Made by a program: the position numbers and the translations under genes. A stretch of 63,864 nt of DNA from NCBI GenBank assembly GCA_034780895.1, contig JAUZTB010000065.1, positions 27,636,144-27,700,007 of the forward strand. The letters run 5' to 3'. This DNA is from Rhynchobatus australiae (taxonomy: Eukaryota). The notes below the pieces were generated by a model, which saw only the letters and a program-made list of their open reading frames with translations, had not been told where the DNA came from and did no database searches. How positions within the stretch are numbered: position 1 is the first letter of the stretch; each line of letters opens with the position of its first letter. This document shows, piece by piece, positions 49,477-62,817 of this stretch.

Positions 49477-50429
49477 CTACAAAATAATCACTGGCATTCC
49501 AGAAAGTTACCCTATGGTGAGCCTTTTTGTACACACATTAATTTCTAAACAATTAAATTTTAAATCTGAACTTTCTGAAAACCACTCAAAGAAATGAGGC
49601 ATTCATTAGTTAATTTTGATGCAAGAAGGTTGATTGACAGTTACAGGCAATTATCATGTTGTCAGAAACGACCCATACAATAATTACTAGCTCTTATTAT
49701 CTGCAACTTGTTTACCAAATGAGTCTAAAGTACCTAACCCACAAATACAGTAACATTTATGACATTCAATGCTTATCAATGCAGACAGCAAGATGTTACT
49801 TTCCTAAGCATAGTGGCAGAGCAGAGCAACTCACACAAAAAATTTTGGAAAATTTACCTTTAACCAAACTGCTATTTCTCACTGGAGGTTGCTGTATATT
49901 TATACATAAATAATGGCAAATGTCATAAGTCTCACTGTTACTTCAACTGTAACTTTGACCAAAGAGTTCAGCCAGGTTAAAGAGAAAATTAATACTTGAG
50001 GTTGAGTCCTTAAATAAAATTAATGTATTAGCTCATCATTTAACAGTTGCAGCTTACACTTCTGTAGTCCTCATTATCTGCAGGGAGATAGCTGAGAGTT
50101 GTGGACAAGATGATAGACAGTAAATCCACAGAGGAGAAAGGGGGCTGGAGCTGCCATGGTTGAAGAGATTTCTTTGAAGTTGCTGATGAAAGCAGAAGGG
50201 ACGGTGACAAGACAAAGGGAGACTGCTCCAGAATGCAGGCATATGATGTCTGAAGCACCTTTATGAAGTACAGTTTATGAGTGCTGGAGAACTGGGGATT
50301 CAGTAATTAGACTACCACAGACACAGAACNNNNNNNNNNNNNNNNNNNNNNNNNNNNNNNNNNNNNNNNNNNNNNNNNNNNNNNNNNNNNNNNNNNNNNN
50401 NNNNNNNNNNNNNNNNNNNNNNNNNNNNN

Positions 50430-50474
50430 TGGCACATAACTTAGAGATCTTTCTATTTGGATGTATTAGCAGGC
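50430..50474 (-). CDS. Exon 2 (5' part, runs into gap) of the unknown minus-strand gene
   Basis: Acceptor tactgtttgtag; phase 1 start matches the upstream exon; (G)LLIHPNRKISKLCA, then Ns. Confidence 0.6.
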
Positions 50475-50569
50475 CTACAAACAGTACATGGTCATTATTC
50501 TTTCCATAGCAAGTCAGGCAGCATCTATATGTGGGGAAAAATGGTGTTAACATTCCAGGCTGAAAAAAA

Positions 50570-50790
50570 ATGGTAAATTGGTTTATTACTGTCATATGTA
50601 CGGAGGTACAGTGAAAAACTTTGTTTTGCATGCCATCCATATGGTTCATTTCATCACATCAGTGCATTGAGGTAGTACAATGGAAAACAATAATAGGATG
50701 CAGACTGTGGTATTACAGTTACAGAGAAAGTGCAGTGCAGGCAGACAAAGAGGTGTGAGGTCATGATGAGGTAGATGGTGAGGTCAATGT
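50570..50790 (-). mobile_element. Rex1/Babar-like 3' UTR
   Basis: Reverse complement of 13120-13340. It sits between Penelope-like pLTR pieces (50500-50565 and 50785-50900). Confidence 0.8.
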
Positions 50791-51510
50791 TTCATCAGAA
50801 CTGGGAAGAGTTAATAATTAGAGAAAACAGATTTTAAGATGCAGAGAGAGAAAGGAGGGAGGACTGCCGTGAACAAAAGGGAACGAAAGTGGTTACCCAG
50901 TCTGCATTTGGTCTCCATATTGTATGTGAGACCAGATTGTGATTTGAGGTTGAGGATGATGATGCATGGCAGAGGTCAGTGGGCCTTGACAAGGGAAGAT
51001 ATGTCAGTATGAGTAACTACAATTCTTATTTCAAGTTTTAACAAACATACAATGAAGCCCCTTAAATATATGTTTAATTTTTATTCTTATCCCTTAAGAA
51101 CTTTCACTTTAAAACATTGTTCTTTCACAACTGGGATTTTGGTTGGAAACCGTTGAAAACCTCAGAGTTGAACACATTTAGTCTAACAATGAAACCAAGT
51201 ATAGTGACTGAAATTTGAGTCATTCACCATGTACATTAGGATTTGCATTTAAAAAAAACAAATTTAAAATAAGGGCTTTAGATTACAGTATTTAATAAAT
51301 TCATGCTTAAACATCTGAACTGTGTTACCCTGACAAAAGGAAACATCTTGAGGAGATGTCTATGAGAAGCTTTTGTTTGCTTTTTCAATCTGTCTTTTGC
51401 TTGTCCCACAGCAGCAGCCGTCCCGTCCAGCCACAAACTGTAGTTTAAAGTTAGCAATACACACAATCAACTAACAGCTTGCGGCAGTAAATAGCATAAA
51501 CATAACTCAC

Positions 51511-51637
51511 CTGTACTGCTAGCCTTGTTAAACTCAGATCCTTGTAGTAAATCGGATTTCTTTTGGCACTTCACGATTTGCCTGTATGTTCCACTGTTGC
51601 TTGAACTCGTCTGTGCCATAACTGGCTCCAAAAACAT
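51511..51637 (-). CDS. First recognisable coding exon of the unknown minus-strand gene
   Basis: Acceptor cttatttcccag, consensus donor CAG|gtgagt. 127 nt; only one frame is open, MFLEPVMAQTSSSNSGTYRQIVKCQKKSDLLQGSEFNKASST. Confidence 0.75.
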
Positions 51638-52769
51638 CTGGGAAATAAGCAGTGCCATAAAATAGATTTGTTTGGCCTGCTCGCTGCTGGGACAGTGGAA
51701 AAGGCACGTGACACAGGAAATGATTCAGTGCAATTCCAACCTCAAAAAAAAATTACTACAGCATCCAGCTATTTCTTAGCTGTGGTCTTATACCAAACTT
51801 GCTTTACAAAGATGAACACTGGTCAAAGGATTCATGGCCACAGTGTTTTATTGTTTTTGCTGTCCTGAAGTCTCTTGAACCATGGCCACATTACAACCTA
51901 GTGCCAACTGGATGGACTAAAACATCCAGGTCTAGAAATTTAATCATGCTGTACTTTCTTTTATGTGCTATGTGACCAATTAGAAGCAGAAAATCAGTCA
52001 GAGTGGGCAATGTGAAATTGAACCCTGGACTTCCTGGGCAAGATGTGCTTACTTGTGGAAGTTGTTGAGTGTTGACTAATATTGTCAATCATTTGACTTC
52101 AGTGCTGTGGGATTAGAATGTGTATGTTTGCTGAGGAGACCAATGAGAAGAAGACAGCCTGACTGATTGTAAATTAAAGGGACATAAGTTATCTGAGCTG
52201 CTGTTGGGGAGCCAGTCACTGATGTCAGTTATGAAACCTTCTCTGATGGACTATAAGTGTCCAGGGAAGGCCTTCTTTCCCAGAGTTTAGAGTGTGGCTG
52301 CTCTTATCTCTGATCTACTACTGCTGGTTTGAGTATTCCATTGAAAACCACCTCTGTAAGAACTCTCCCTATGCCAGAAAATCCCATTTATAAGCTTGAA
52401 CTTCCAGCATAAATTTATAACTTGTGCAAGGTTGTTGTGTATAACTGTGCTGATGGCTTAGGATTTGATTATGCGCATGACTCTTAACATATCCTGCTCC
52501 TGAGAAAACTGCTTCTCTGCAGCCCCGCAAGAAATGGGTTCCATGCACAGTTTGATTTTAACANNNNNNNNNNACCCATTTCAATGTGCATTAACATTTC
52601 TAACCCACAAATTCCAGATGTATACAGCAGGCTCATCAGTAATTGGAAAGAAGAAAGGCAGGTCATGTACTAAGGCCTTCTCACCCCTTTAACTTACTCT
52701 AGAATTTAGATGGAATACTCTGTACCTTAACAACATCATAACTTAATAACCTTTGTCTGACAAATACTC

Positions 52770-53105
52770 GAAATTTGAAATAAAAACAAAAAATGCTGGG
52801 CACACACTGTAGGTCTGGCTGTGAAAAAAGAAACAGGTAAAGACCTTTTGTCAGAACTCTGAATTTTATGCATTTTCTGTTTTTATTCCAAAAATCCATT
52901 AACCTCTGTTTCAAAATTTTCAGTTGACCTAATCTTTTGGGGGAAGTTTGCTAGTTTTTAGATTTGTATAAAATGTCCAGAATATGAACTATGGAAAAAG
53001 CTTTTCACCCCAAAGCTTATCTTTTCAAGGCCTGACTGATTTGGTGTGAATTTCCAATATTTTTCTTCCCATTGCAGATTTCCAGAAGCCACAGTTTTCT
53101 TTTCA
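52770..53105. mobile_element. Old inverted Penelope-like pLTR fragments
   Basis: aaataaaaacaaaaaatgctgg...gtcagaact (minus) and gcctgactgatttggtgtgaatttccaatattt...agatttccagaagccacag (plus). Confidence 0.55.
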
Positions 53106-54589
53106 TCACAACTTGTCAAATAGCTATGAAGAAGTCCTTGCAAGATTGTTTCTAGATATCCAAGTCCGGAGAAGACTCTGCAGCACACAGCTGTTATGGC
53201 TAGCTACATAGTAGGAATGTAATCAGTTCCACACTGGGCAATGCTTCCAATGGGTGAATCATTGATTCACAACGAAATATCACTGCCTCAAAAATACCCT
53301 CTAAGTCATGTACAATTTTGATAAAGATATAGATTGCCACCCCTTTGTTGTCACTGATGCTACATATTTGAAACTGGGCTGTGAACAAGACTGGGATTAC
53401 TGATAAATTTTAACTACTATAAAAACTGTAAAATACTACGGTATGTATTTCTTCAAGGATCAGCAAGGCACAATAACGCATGGTTATATATATGATGTAG
53501 TGACACTTTATACCCATGTGATTTATTTACCCATGTGTATAAATATGTCATATTGCATTCCATCTTTAAAACAAGTGTGTAAACACTCTCCCCATATGGA
53601 TATTTTCACTACAGATTCAGTCTACTGACTGTACTGGCTTCCTCAATAATTTGACTTCTGCCGTTATATGCTGGTCTCTGACATTGCATTGACTTTTTAA
53701 ACTGGATGCCATATTGCAACTTAATGTATGAGAACAATCACTTGTTGAGTTGATAAGGAGGTTCTTATCCACATCCAACTAAACATACACCTACAACATA
53801 ACGAATTTGCTGACAAACTTGATTCCTGCCACATGCCTACATAGGTCTTGGGACATTGGCAAAAGATAGCATTCTCGACCAACTGCCTCATTCAAACAGA
53901 CTATCACGTCCGCTTTAGGTAAAACTGCTGTTGGAGTTGCTCACTTGATTTGAATTACTTTTTTTCTAGTTTCATGAACTGTTCTTCCACTTAGCATTTC
54001 AAGGAGTAAAGAACTAGCCTTGCTGTGCAGTAGACTGGTTTAACACAAAACAATCTATTTACATGCCTTGAATCCAGTGATCCCTATATAGATACCTTTG
54101 AAAATGGAATTATATTTGTACAACAGTGTGTGTATTCAGGACACTTGAATACCTGAGTCCCAGTTGTTTCAACCTTGAACAAGATAGGGCACTCCGTATA
54201 TACAGCTACAACCAATGGCAAAATACACTACCATTGTAACATATCATACATTGGTTCTGTCGCAATACCTTCAAAACTACTCATAAATAAGCTTTGAGAC
54301 TGATTATGCTCCTTGCTTAGAGTATGCAACTAAACTTTATATATATCCTTCGCCATAATGGAACGATCTACTTGTGCGTCTATCTGCAATACTAATTACT
54401 TGCCATCAGTAAAGCCTCTGACCTTAAGACTCATCATGAACATGCAATATAAATTAAATTGTGTATTATTTGCATGGGCTATTTGATTGCACAAATTGTC
54501 TATTCGTAACTTTTAATTAGAGAAATTTCTAATCTATGCCAGCGTTGCCACCTGTTATCTCATATGTTGATTTTCTTTTCCTCATTAAC

Positions 54590-55900
54590 AGATCATTCAC
54601 AGCCCTTTGAAGTAAAGGATTCCAAAGATATACAACTCTCTGCAAAAAGCAATTTTTCTTCCTCTTAGTCCTAATGTCTTCTTCTCAAAGTTTGCCCCCG
54701 GTTTGGGCTCCTCACTGAGAAGAAACAGCCATTTGGTACCTGTCAATCTTTGCCTGAACCTTGTGCATCACAATGGAGACACTTGTTTTCTAATTCCATA
54801 GAGCATAGGCCAGTCAGTCAAGCTTCCTCAGTCAGTCTTCATTAGGCATCCTCTCAGGAAATAATCTTTTAAATCTACTCTACAGTAACTCCATTGCAAG
54901 TATATCCTTTCTCAGACATGAAGACCAAAGCTGCACACAGTACTCCAAATGTATCTCACTGAAGTCCTGTACAACCTGAGGAAGATTTCCTTCCTTTTTT
55001 ACGCCTATCCCCTTGTAATAAAGGTCAACAAGCCAGTAATTGTCTCTAATTACTTGTTTTATGTACCTACATGTTTAATTTCTGCATCTCCTAAAACAAC
55101 ACACCAATTTTAGATCTCTATGCCCTAAACTAACGCACCAATTAAGATCTTTGGCATGATGTAAACTTTCTCAATTGACTCCAGTCTGTATCCTCCATTT
55201 TCTCCAGCTCTCCATTCAGCCACAGGTGTTCCCTTTGTTCTCCCTACCCCTCCCCCTTCTCTGCAATATAAAACATGCCTAACTACTAAATGTTCCCAAT
55301 TCTGGCGAGCGGTCCTCAGCCTGACACATAAATTCTATTTCTCTCTTGACAGATGCTACCTAACCTGCTGTGTATTTCCAGTATATTCTCTTTATATACT
55401 GGAGAACTGCAGTACATTGCAGTATACCAGAGTATACTGCAAGCTTCCATTATGCTTTAAATATTTATGTTTCTCATTATTTAACAAATATTCTGTTGCA
55501 TTATTCTTCCTATCAAAGTGCACAACCTTGAATTTTCTCACGTTGTAAACCACTTGCCACCACTTTGCCCACTCTCCTAACTTGTCTATATTCTTTGCAG
55601 CTTCTTTGTGTCTTCCTCACAACTCACTTTCCCTTTTACCTTTGGATCATCACCAAGCTTGGATCCATTGCATTAAGCAAGATTCAGCAGGCTAGTTAGC
55701 ATCTGCAGAGAAAGAAACAGAGTCAACATGTCAAATGATCTTTCATTGGATCTCTAGACACATTGCATGTTGCCTTTTCACCTGAGTCATTGATATAAAT
55801 TATGGAGAGCCAAGGGCGCTGTCTCAATCCCTGTGGCATCCCAATGATAACTGTGTGTCAAGCTGAGGACCCGTTCATTCTTACTCAGAAAGGGTTGGAA
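54590..55900 (-). mobile_element. CR1 relic interrupted by Penelope-like pLTRs
   Basis: gaagaccaaagctgcacacagtactccaaatg is the reverse complement of HLEYCVQLWS. Plus-strand pLTR at about 55190-55390, minus pLTR at about 55680-55750. Confidence 0.7.
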
Positions 55901-56602
55901 TTTAGTTAATGAGCTGCATCACAATGATGGCTAACCAGCGATTCCAGTGTAGTGCTTATGTGTCAGCACATTATAGAGTTCTGTGTGTAATCCGAGATTT
56001 AACACTGTCAACCCATTAATTTGAAAGTCGTTGAAAACTTCCATTCTAAGAGTAAATGAAGCTAAGTAGTTTGATTTGTGATCCTTCATTTTTATTAATA
56101 TTAATATTTAGTTAATTTACATAACAACTACATTCATTAATTTTTATGACAATTTTCCTAATTACTCTAATATATTTCAAATCTTTCCAAATGTCTCTAG
56201 TCATCAGATACACGTAGAAATAAAGGCTGGCTCTCATGGCAGTTTTGGATCACTTGAGACCTAATTTCTGCTTGTAGCCTGTTCCACCTCTTTGGATGGT
56301 CCTAAGAGCAAAGCCTTCAGGATATGAGTCATGGACCAGGTCAAGCAATACTTGGCCCAGTGAAGCAAGTTGGAGTTTGGACTTAAGGGTGTGAAAAGGG
56401 AATTTTAACTTAAGACAACAGCTTAAACAGACAACATCAGACCAACCGCCCATTATGTCTCTCACCCAATCTCTGTTTTGAAACTTATCCTGAAGTTTTA
56501 CGGTGCAAAAGTTAAAATTAATCCAACAATCAAAAACATAAAATGTAGGGAGTACACAGTAGGCCAATCAACATTTGAAAAACCAGAATGATTAATATTT
56601 TA

Positions 56603-56880
56603 GGTTAGCGTAAATCTTTACAGCACCAGCAACCTGGGTTCAATTCTGGCCGCTGTCTGTAAGGAGTTTGTACGTTCTCCTCGTGTCTGTATGGGTTTCC
56701 TCCAGGTGCTCCTGTTTCCTCCCATATTCCAAAGACATACCGGCTAGGAAGTTGTGGGCATGCTATGCTGGCGCTGGAAGTGTGGCGACACATGCGGGCT
56801 GCCCACAGAGTACTCTACGCAAAAGGTGTTGTATTTCACTGTGTGTTTTGATGTACATGTGACTAATAAAGATTTTATCT
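56603..56880 (+). mobile_element. V-SINE, Rex1-like tail
   Basis: B box ggttcaattc, V domain, tail tttcactgtgtgttttgatgtacatgtgactaataaag. Confidence 0.88.
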
Positions 56881-57379
56881 ATAAAGCCAAGTATTTTTTA
56901 TTTGAATAATATGTTTAATTTCTTACATTGTAGTGTGATTTTGTTCCATGGGATGGTCTAAAGTTTAAGTCTGGTAAGACAAGTTTTCCATCCAGTAACT
57001 ACATGTGGAAATGATTAGTGTTATGGAATTTAGATACTGGCAACAGCACAAAGTGTTAGGCAGCCTCAAGAATAAATTGGTTTTGCTATATCCAAATGCA
57101 GATTTAAGGAAACTGATGTGTGAGACTATTAATCTATCATCATTCAATCAATTTGACTTCTTGTTTAGGAGATTTGATTAGTTTTAGCTGTTTAGCCCAC
57201 TGCATGTCTATTGTATACAGGCATCTGTAATTTATAGCATTAGTGAAGTGTTTATGAGGGAAATATTGGACACCCCTTGGTTACTATTATCATACGTAAC
57301 AGAGGCAGTCAGTGCTGCTAGTGTCAAGCAAGGCCATGTCTTTGCCACAACAATATTTTCAATAAATGAAACATGCAGG

Positions 57380-57790
57380 GGAGCAGATGATTAAGAAGAC
57401 AAATGGCAAATTGGTTTTTCCATAGCAAAAGGATTCAAGTACAGGAACAGAGGTGTCTTCCTGCAATTGTACAGATCCTTGGTGAGACCACACCTTGAGT
57501 ATTGTGTGCAGGTTTATTCTCCTTTTCTGAGGAGGGATGTTCTCACTATAGAAGGAGTGCAGTGAAGGTTTACCAGACTAACTCATGGGATGATAGGAAT
57601 TACGTTTGACGAGAGATTGGGATAATTGGGCTTACAATTGCAAGAGTTGAGAAGAATGAAAGGCAATCTCATAACAATCTACAAAATTCTGTCAAGACAG
57701 GATGACTAGATGCAGGATAGATGTTCTTAATGGTGAACTTGTGGAATTTTTTACCATGAAAGGCAGTGGAAGCCAAATCATTCAATGCAA
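57380..57790 (+). mobile_element. CR1 ORF2 C-terminal fragment
   Basis: VFLQLYRSLVRPHLEYCVQVYSPFLRRDVLTIEGVQ*RFTRL. Confidence 0.9.
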
Positions 57791-59208
57791 ACTTGATACT
57801 TATTTGCTCTTCTCAGAATTTAGCATTTAAGATAAATGAATACTTGTGTTAAAACTAGAACACCTATTATCAACAATGATCTCGTGGACCTTGTTTATGC
57901 AAATATCCATGGATCAGAAAAAGCCACACACGGCCATATGTTTCTTTTCAAACAAGTACAAGATGTAATTGTCAAACTACTACAAATTTAGATTGAGTTA
58001 TAACCTGCCAACCCTCCCAAAAGCCTCTCAGGATTTCTGGGATTGTCTCCTAAAGTTCCATGACTCAAATCCAGATTCCAGAAATTTCTTGCTGACAGTG
58101 TCTAGCTGTTCTGTGCAACATCAGAGGATAAATATAGATGAGGAAAGCCAGAAAGCCCATTTTAGCTCATTTCTTCAAAATAAAGAAAGACTTACATTAT
58201 CCTATCATGTAATATATCAGGACAACTACTGGGAATAAAAGGCAAATGTTGACTATTTTTAATTTTAGCATGGTGTTTCCTGTCAACTCATCTAAATATT
58301 CATTTCACTAGTTTCANNNNNNNNNNNNNNNNNNNNNNNNNNNNNNNNNNNNNNNTTATCTAATCTTTATATTTTAAGAACTGCGTTTTGTCTTGCTTTA
58401 AAGGTAAAGATGTCAATTTATAATTTTTGTTAATAACTTAATCATTCGGTGCTATGGCTCAGACTCATAGACCTTTGCTGTACTGTTTTCATTGTTTCCC
58501 TCACCCAACAGAGCATTCAAGGTGACGTCTGACCTGGTTGCTGTTTTAGTATGTCATCACTTGAATGGAATCAACTGAGTAAAAGGAAATATTCCATTTG
58601 TTTTGTTAATTCCTGCTAATAACTATTTTTTGGAAGCAAAATCAGGACAGGTAGCCTACAACAGTCTTTAGCAATGTACTTGAATCAACAGTTAAATTTA
58701 GATCATCAGTTGAGTTTCTATTATTCCCCAACTTCAGAATGTATTCTATCTTTTCTAGAAGTTGTGCTGCGATTCCATAAGACTCTTCTTCAAGGTAATA
58801 ATACAATGCTCATGTTCCTTTTTTGGTAGCTTGTAACAAAGTAGACAAACTTATGAGCATTTACTGTAATTTTCCACCACAGAGCTATTGCCTTCATGAA
58901 AAATGGACTTCTTTAGAGTCAATACAAATGAACCTGGAGACCAGCCAGAAGAAATAGAGAGAGCACAGCTGCTATTTCTTTATCATAGATCTGACATCTT
59001 TTATTCATTAACTCTACTTTCTATGAAAGACTTCAAATGCAATGAGACGAGTTCAATGTTAAGGAATAACAACCTTCAGTAAATTAACAGCCTTATACAT
59101 AACCAAATGTTACAAGGTGTGTCATAGTGCCAACTGAACAGCAAAGATCAGGGGTGAGGAAACAATGACATCTAACGCTCATTGGATGAATTGCAGCTGC
59201 AAAATAAT

Positions 59209-59489
59209 ATAAGCCATCCCTGGGTAATGAACAGGTTCCGATTTTACATACATCCACAAGTCAATTTGTCTGTAAGTTGGAAAATACTCAAATATCACTT
59301 GATATAGTAACTATACCTCCACAGTATCATAATGAATGGCATCAAAAACACAAAAGACAGATAATAATGTATAAGAACTAAAAGTAGAGAGAGAAAGGAA
59401 ATGAATGTCTGACTTTTGAATATTGGGGTAGCTCATCTGTATGTACGGGTGTCTGTAAGTCAGGCGTTTGTAACATGAGGACAGCCTGT
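59209..59489. mobile_element. Tc1/mariner (pogo/Tigger-like) MITE
   Basis: Degenerate terminal inverted repeats: ataagccatccctgggtaatgaac at left and gtttgtaacatgaggacagcctgt at right. Confidence 0.55.
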
Positions 59490-61309
59490 TCATGTTATCC
59501 CTAGATTTTTAAACTAGTTTTATTTTACCATGGGAGAACGGAGAGAAACTAAAGTCAGCATCAGGAAACTGAGTTCAAAATTGTGAAAGGGTTCCACAGA
59601 CATTCACATCTAAGAATAGCTAATTGCTGAAGAACCATGGATTAATAGCAAATGGGACAATTTAAATGGGGTGATGACATTTGTGAACAAGAGAATCAGT
59701 TTTGAGGCTGGGCTAATGACTATTGAAGCCGATGCATGAGTAGGAAGCTCTCACACAAATTTAAAAGGTTCAAGCATCTTATTTGGGGTAAAAGATTGCA
59801 GCTGCTTATGTTCCAAATGCTGACACTTTTCAGAGATTAGAGATAATAACCATGTCACTATCATGTATCACTACTCCCCAATTCCTGCCGTCAGCTGCAA
59901 GACTTTTACAACTGTAAACATTGATTTTATATGGTTTGTGATCTTTTTCCCACATATAGCTTGTGGAGTAACTCATTTAAGTTGTACATTGACAATGTTT
60001 ATTTGTTCCATGGTTTCATTTTAAGGCCGTGTGAATGTCTGCTATGCTACCACTATATTAAAAAAATCAGGGGAAAAAAGGTGCTTTTTCTACTTTTTGT
60101 CTGAGAAACAAATGGCTGCATCTTCCCTGGCCTGATCCAAAAGTGGACCAGGTTTTCTGAAGCAAGTTACAAACAATATTTACACATAATGGTTTTGTAC
60201 TACAGCAAAATTTTAACATCAGTGGTTAACTAAGAGCTGTACCATTGAAGAGAGTGGTATTAAATTGACTGTGCTCCACTTAATCAACACCAAACTTTAG
60301 TTTGGTCTCAGCAAATGACTAAGGAAAGGGGATGGCAGCGAGGGAGGAAAACTTAGAACATGAGCTTAAAACCTTGACTTTTGTTTTCCTATGTTCATCT
60401 CAGGGATTTTGAATCGCCTATGCCCTATTATTGAGCAGGTGATCAAAAAGAGATGTGATGGAGAGCAAATGTTGGATGTCAATATATTTTCTTAAAACTA
60501 TAGGAAAGAGCAAGACTACTGGAGGAATATTGTATAATCAAATATTAAACAATATAGAAATATTTAAGTGGATACAGGGAGATATTTCATTGATGTCATA
60601 AGAACAAACAATGTTGTTCATTGCTTTATCTCAGCAGCCCTGGTGGGGTGAGGAGACAAAAGTAGAATTGGGATAGGATGGTACCTCAGGAAAAATTGTT
60701 ATAAAAATTTCAATCACTACTTTATTTGAAGAATAGTTAGAATTTGGGTGGTTCATACATTTTTATATCAGCTAGGTAAGTACATGAAGAGAAGGGAAAA
60801 CAAACAATATTTTAAGATGAAGTAAGAGAAGTAAAACGGGAAAGGGTTCTTCCTGCTGTCTGGTACAGGGAAAGTCATCATTGTGATCCTACTCAGTTAG
60901 CTTCTCCCAATGGTCAAAGACCTGCACCCCAAGTTGCAATGTGGATTCTGTCCAGCTAGACAGACAACGCCATTTGACATATTTAAGCCATATGACAGCT
61001 CCAAGAGAAATGGAGTCAACTGCATCAACCCTTACACATGTCCTTTTTGACCTCACAGAAGTCTTTCACACTGGCAATCACTGGCTTATCTTTCTCAAAT
61101 TTTACTCCCCACAGGAATTCGCCCCCATCTGATACTTGTTTCACATGGAAGTGCAAGCCATGATCTTAATCACTGGGTTCATATCAGATCTAATCTCAGT
61201 GCAGGCTGCATCACTGCATCAAGCAAGGCTGCATCACTGCTCAATCTTCTTCATTGCACCTTATCAACAGCAAGTTTCCTACTGGTGTAGAACTATTCTA
61301 TAGGACTAA

Positions 61310-61793
61310 TTAACTCTTGCAAATTTCTACAGATGTACAGTGTTGAGCATTCTGACTGGTTGCATCACCATCCAGTAAGGAGGCTCCAATGTGCAGGATT
61401 GAAAGAGGCTGCAGAGGGTTGTAGACTCAGCCAGCTCCATCATAGGCACAACCCTCCCCACCATCAAGGACATATTCGAGAGGCAGTGCCTCAGAAAAGC
61501 AGCATCCATCATTAAGGACCCAGGACATGCCCTCTTCTCATTACTACCATTGGGGAAGAGGTACAGGAGCCTGAAGATCCACACTCAACATTTCAGGAAC
61601 AGTTTCTTCTCCTCTGCCATCAGATTTCTGAATGGTCCATGAACCCATGAACACTGCCTCATTATTCTTCTTTTGCACTATTTATTTATTTTTGTAATTT
61701 ATAGTGATTTTTATGTCGTGCACTGTACTGCTGCCGCAAAACAACAAATTTCATGACATATGTCAGTGATAATAAATCTGATTCTGATTCTGA
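61310..61793 (+). mobile_element. Rex1/Babar-like LINE 3' end nested in RTE
   Basis: TLANFYRCTVLSILTGCIT...KRLQRVVDSASSIIG...AASIIKDP; tail aataaatctgattctgattctga. Confidence 0.88.
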
Positions 61794-62309
61794 ACCCTAC
61801 ATTGCTTTCACTCTAGAAGCAAGGTCATTGTAACTTCAGTCATCCAGCTGCTTGTATGCACTTGTATGTGTGTATATTCAGAGCCAAGCTCAAAATCACT
61901 ATCAACTCTTTCAGTGAGACAATGGGCCTTAGACTTATCATCTGTAAAGGTCTGCTGCCAACCTGCCCTCATTGTACAACACCAACCTCTAAAGCTAAAT
62001 TCCCAAAACATGACCCTGAAGGAAGTGGACCACTTTCCATACCTTAGGAGCCACCCCTCAGGGGAGGCAGACGTCATGAAATTCACCATTGCTTCAATGT
62101 ATCAGCACAGTCTTTGTCTCTGATGAAAAAAGCATTTGAAGATCAAGAGCTCAATCCTGCCACAAAGCTCATGGTCTACTGTTTGGCAGTGATCCCTGCC
62201 ATCTTGTGACATGGACAACTTAGGAAGGCACCCCAGAACAATGAAGAAGGACCTCAAGCACTGCTTCTGCAAAATCTTTCAAATGCATTGGCAGAATAAG
62301 TGTAGTCAC

Positions 62310-62458
62310 GAGAGACCACACATGCTGAACTCTGGAGCAACAACAAAGCGCTGGAGGAACTCAGCAGGTCAGGCAGCACCTAAGGACGGAAATGCATGGT
62401 TGATGTTTTGAGTCGAGACCCTTCATTTGGACCTGCTGGGTTCCTCCAGTGCTTTGAA
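62310..62458 (-). mobile_element. Penelope-like pLTR nested in RTE
   Basis: Reverse complement gtccaaatgaagggtctcgactcaaaacatcaacc (decayed hammerhead), followed by a short inverted piece gacctgctgggttcctccag. Confidence 0.75.
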
Positions 62459-62817
62459 CAGAATAAGTATCATGAATCAGTGGGGATGGAACACTTTTTT
62501 AAGGAGGCTTTAGAACATCCTTGAATTGCTTCCTCTGTTCAGCTGGTAAACTCTTGCCCCAATGGAGTTCAGAGGAGAGTATCTGTTTCAAGAGTCTAAT
62601 GTGATAGGATAGGTGAACCAATGTCAGAATACTCTCATGGGCCGAAATCCGTAGCACTGAGGCCCTGATTACATTCAATTGGCTGGATTACAGGCCAAGT
62701 CATTTGCATGCCTGACACCAGACCCATGGTACAGACACTCTATTCCGAACTCCACCGTGGCAAGAGATTACCAGGTGGCCAGAGGAAACAATTCAAGGAT
62801 ATTCCCAGCGTCTCCTT

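Noticed and set aside
50058-50077. 20-nt micro-exon DNEDYRS
   Set aside because: Ends in phase 0 while the next exon needs phase 2; the acceptor comes from repeat-like pyrimidine-rich sequence.
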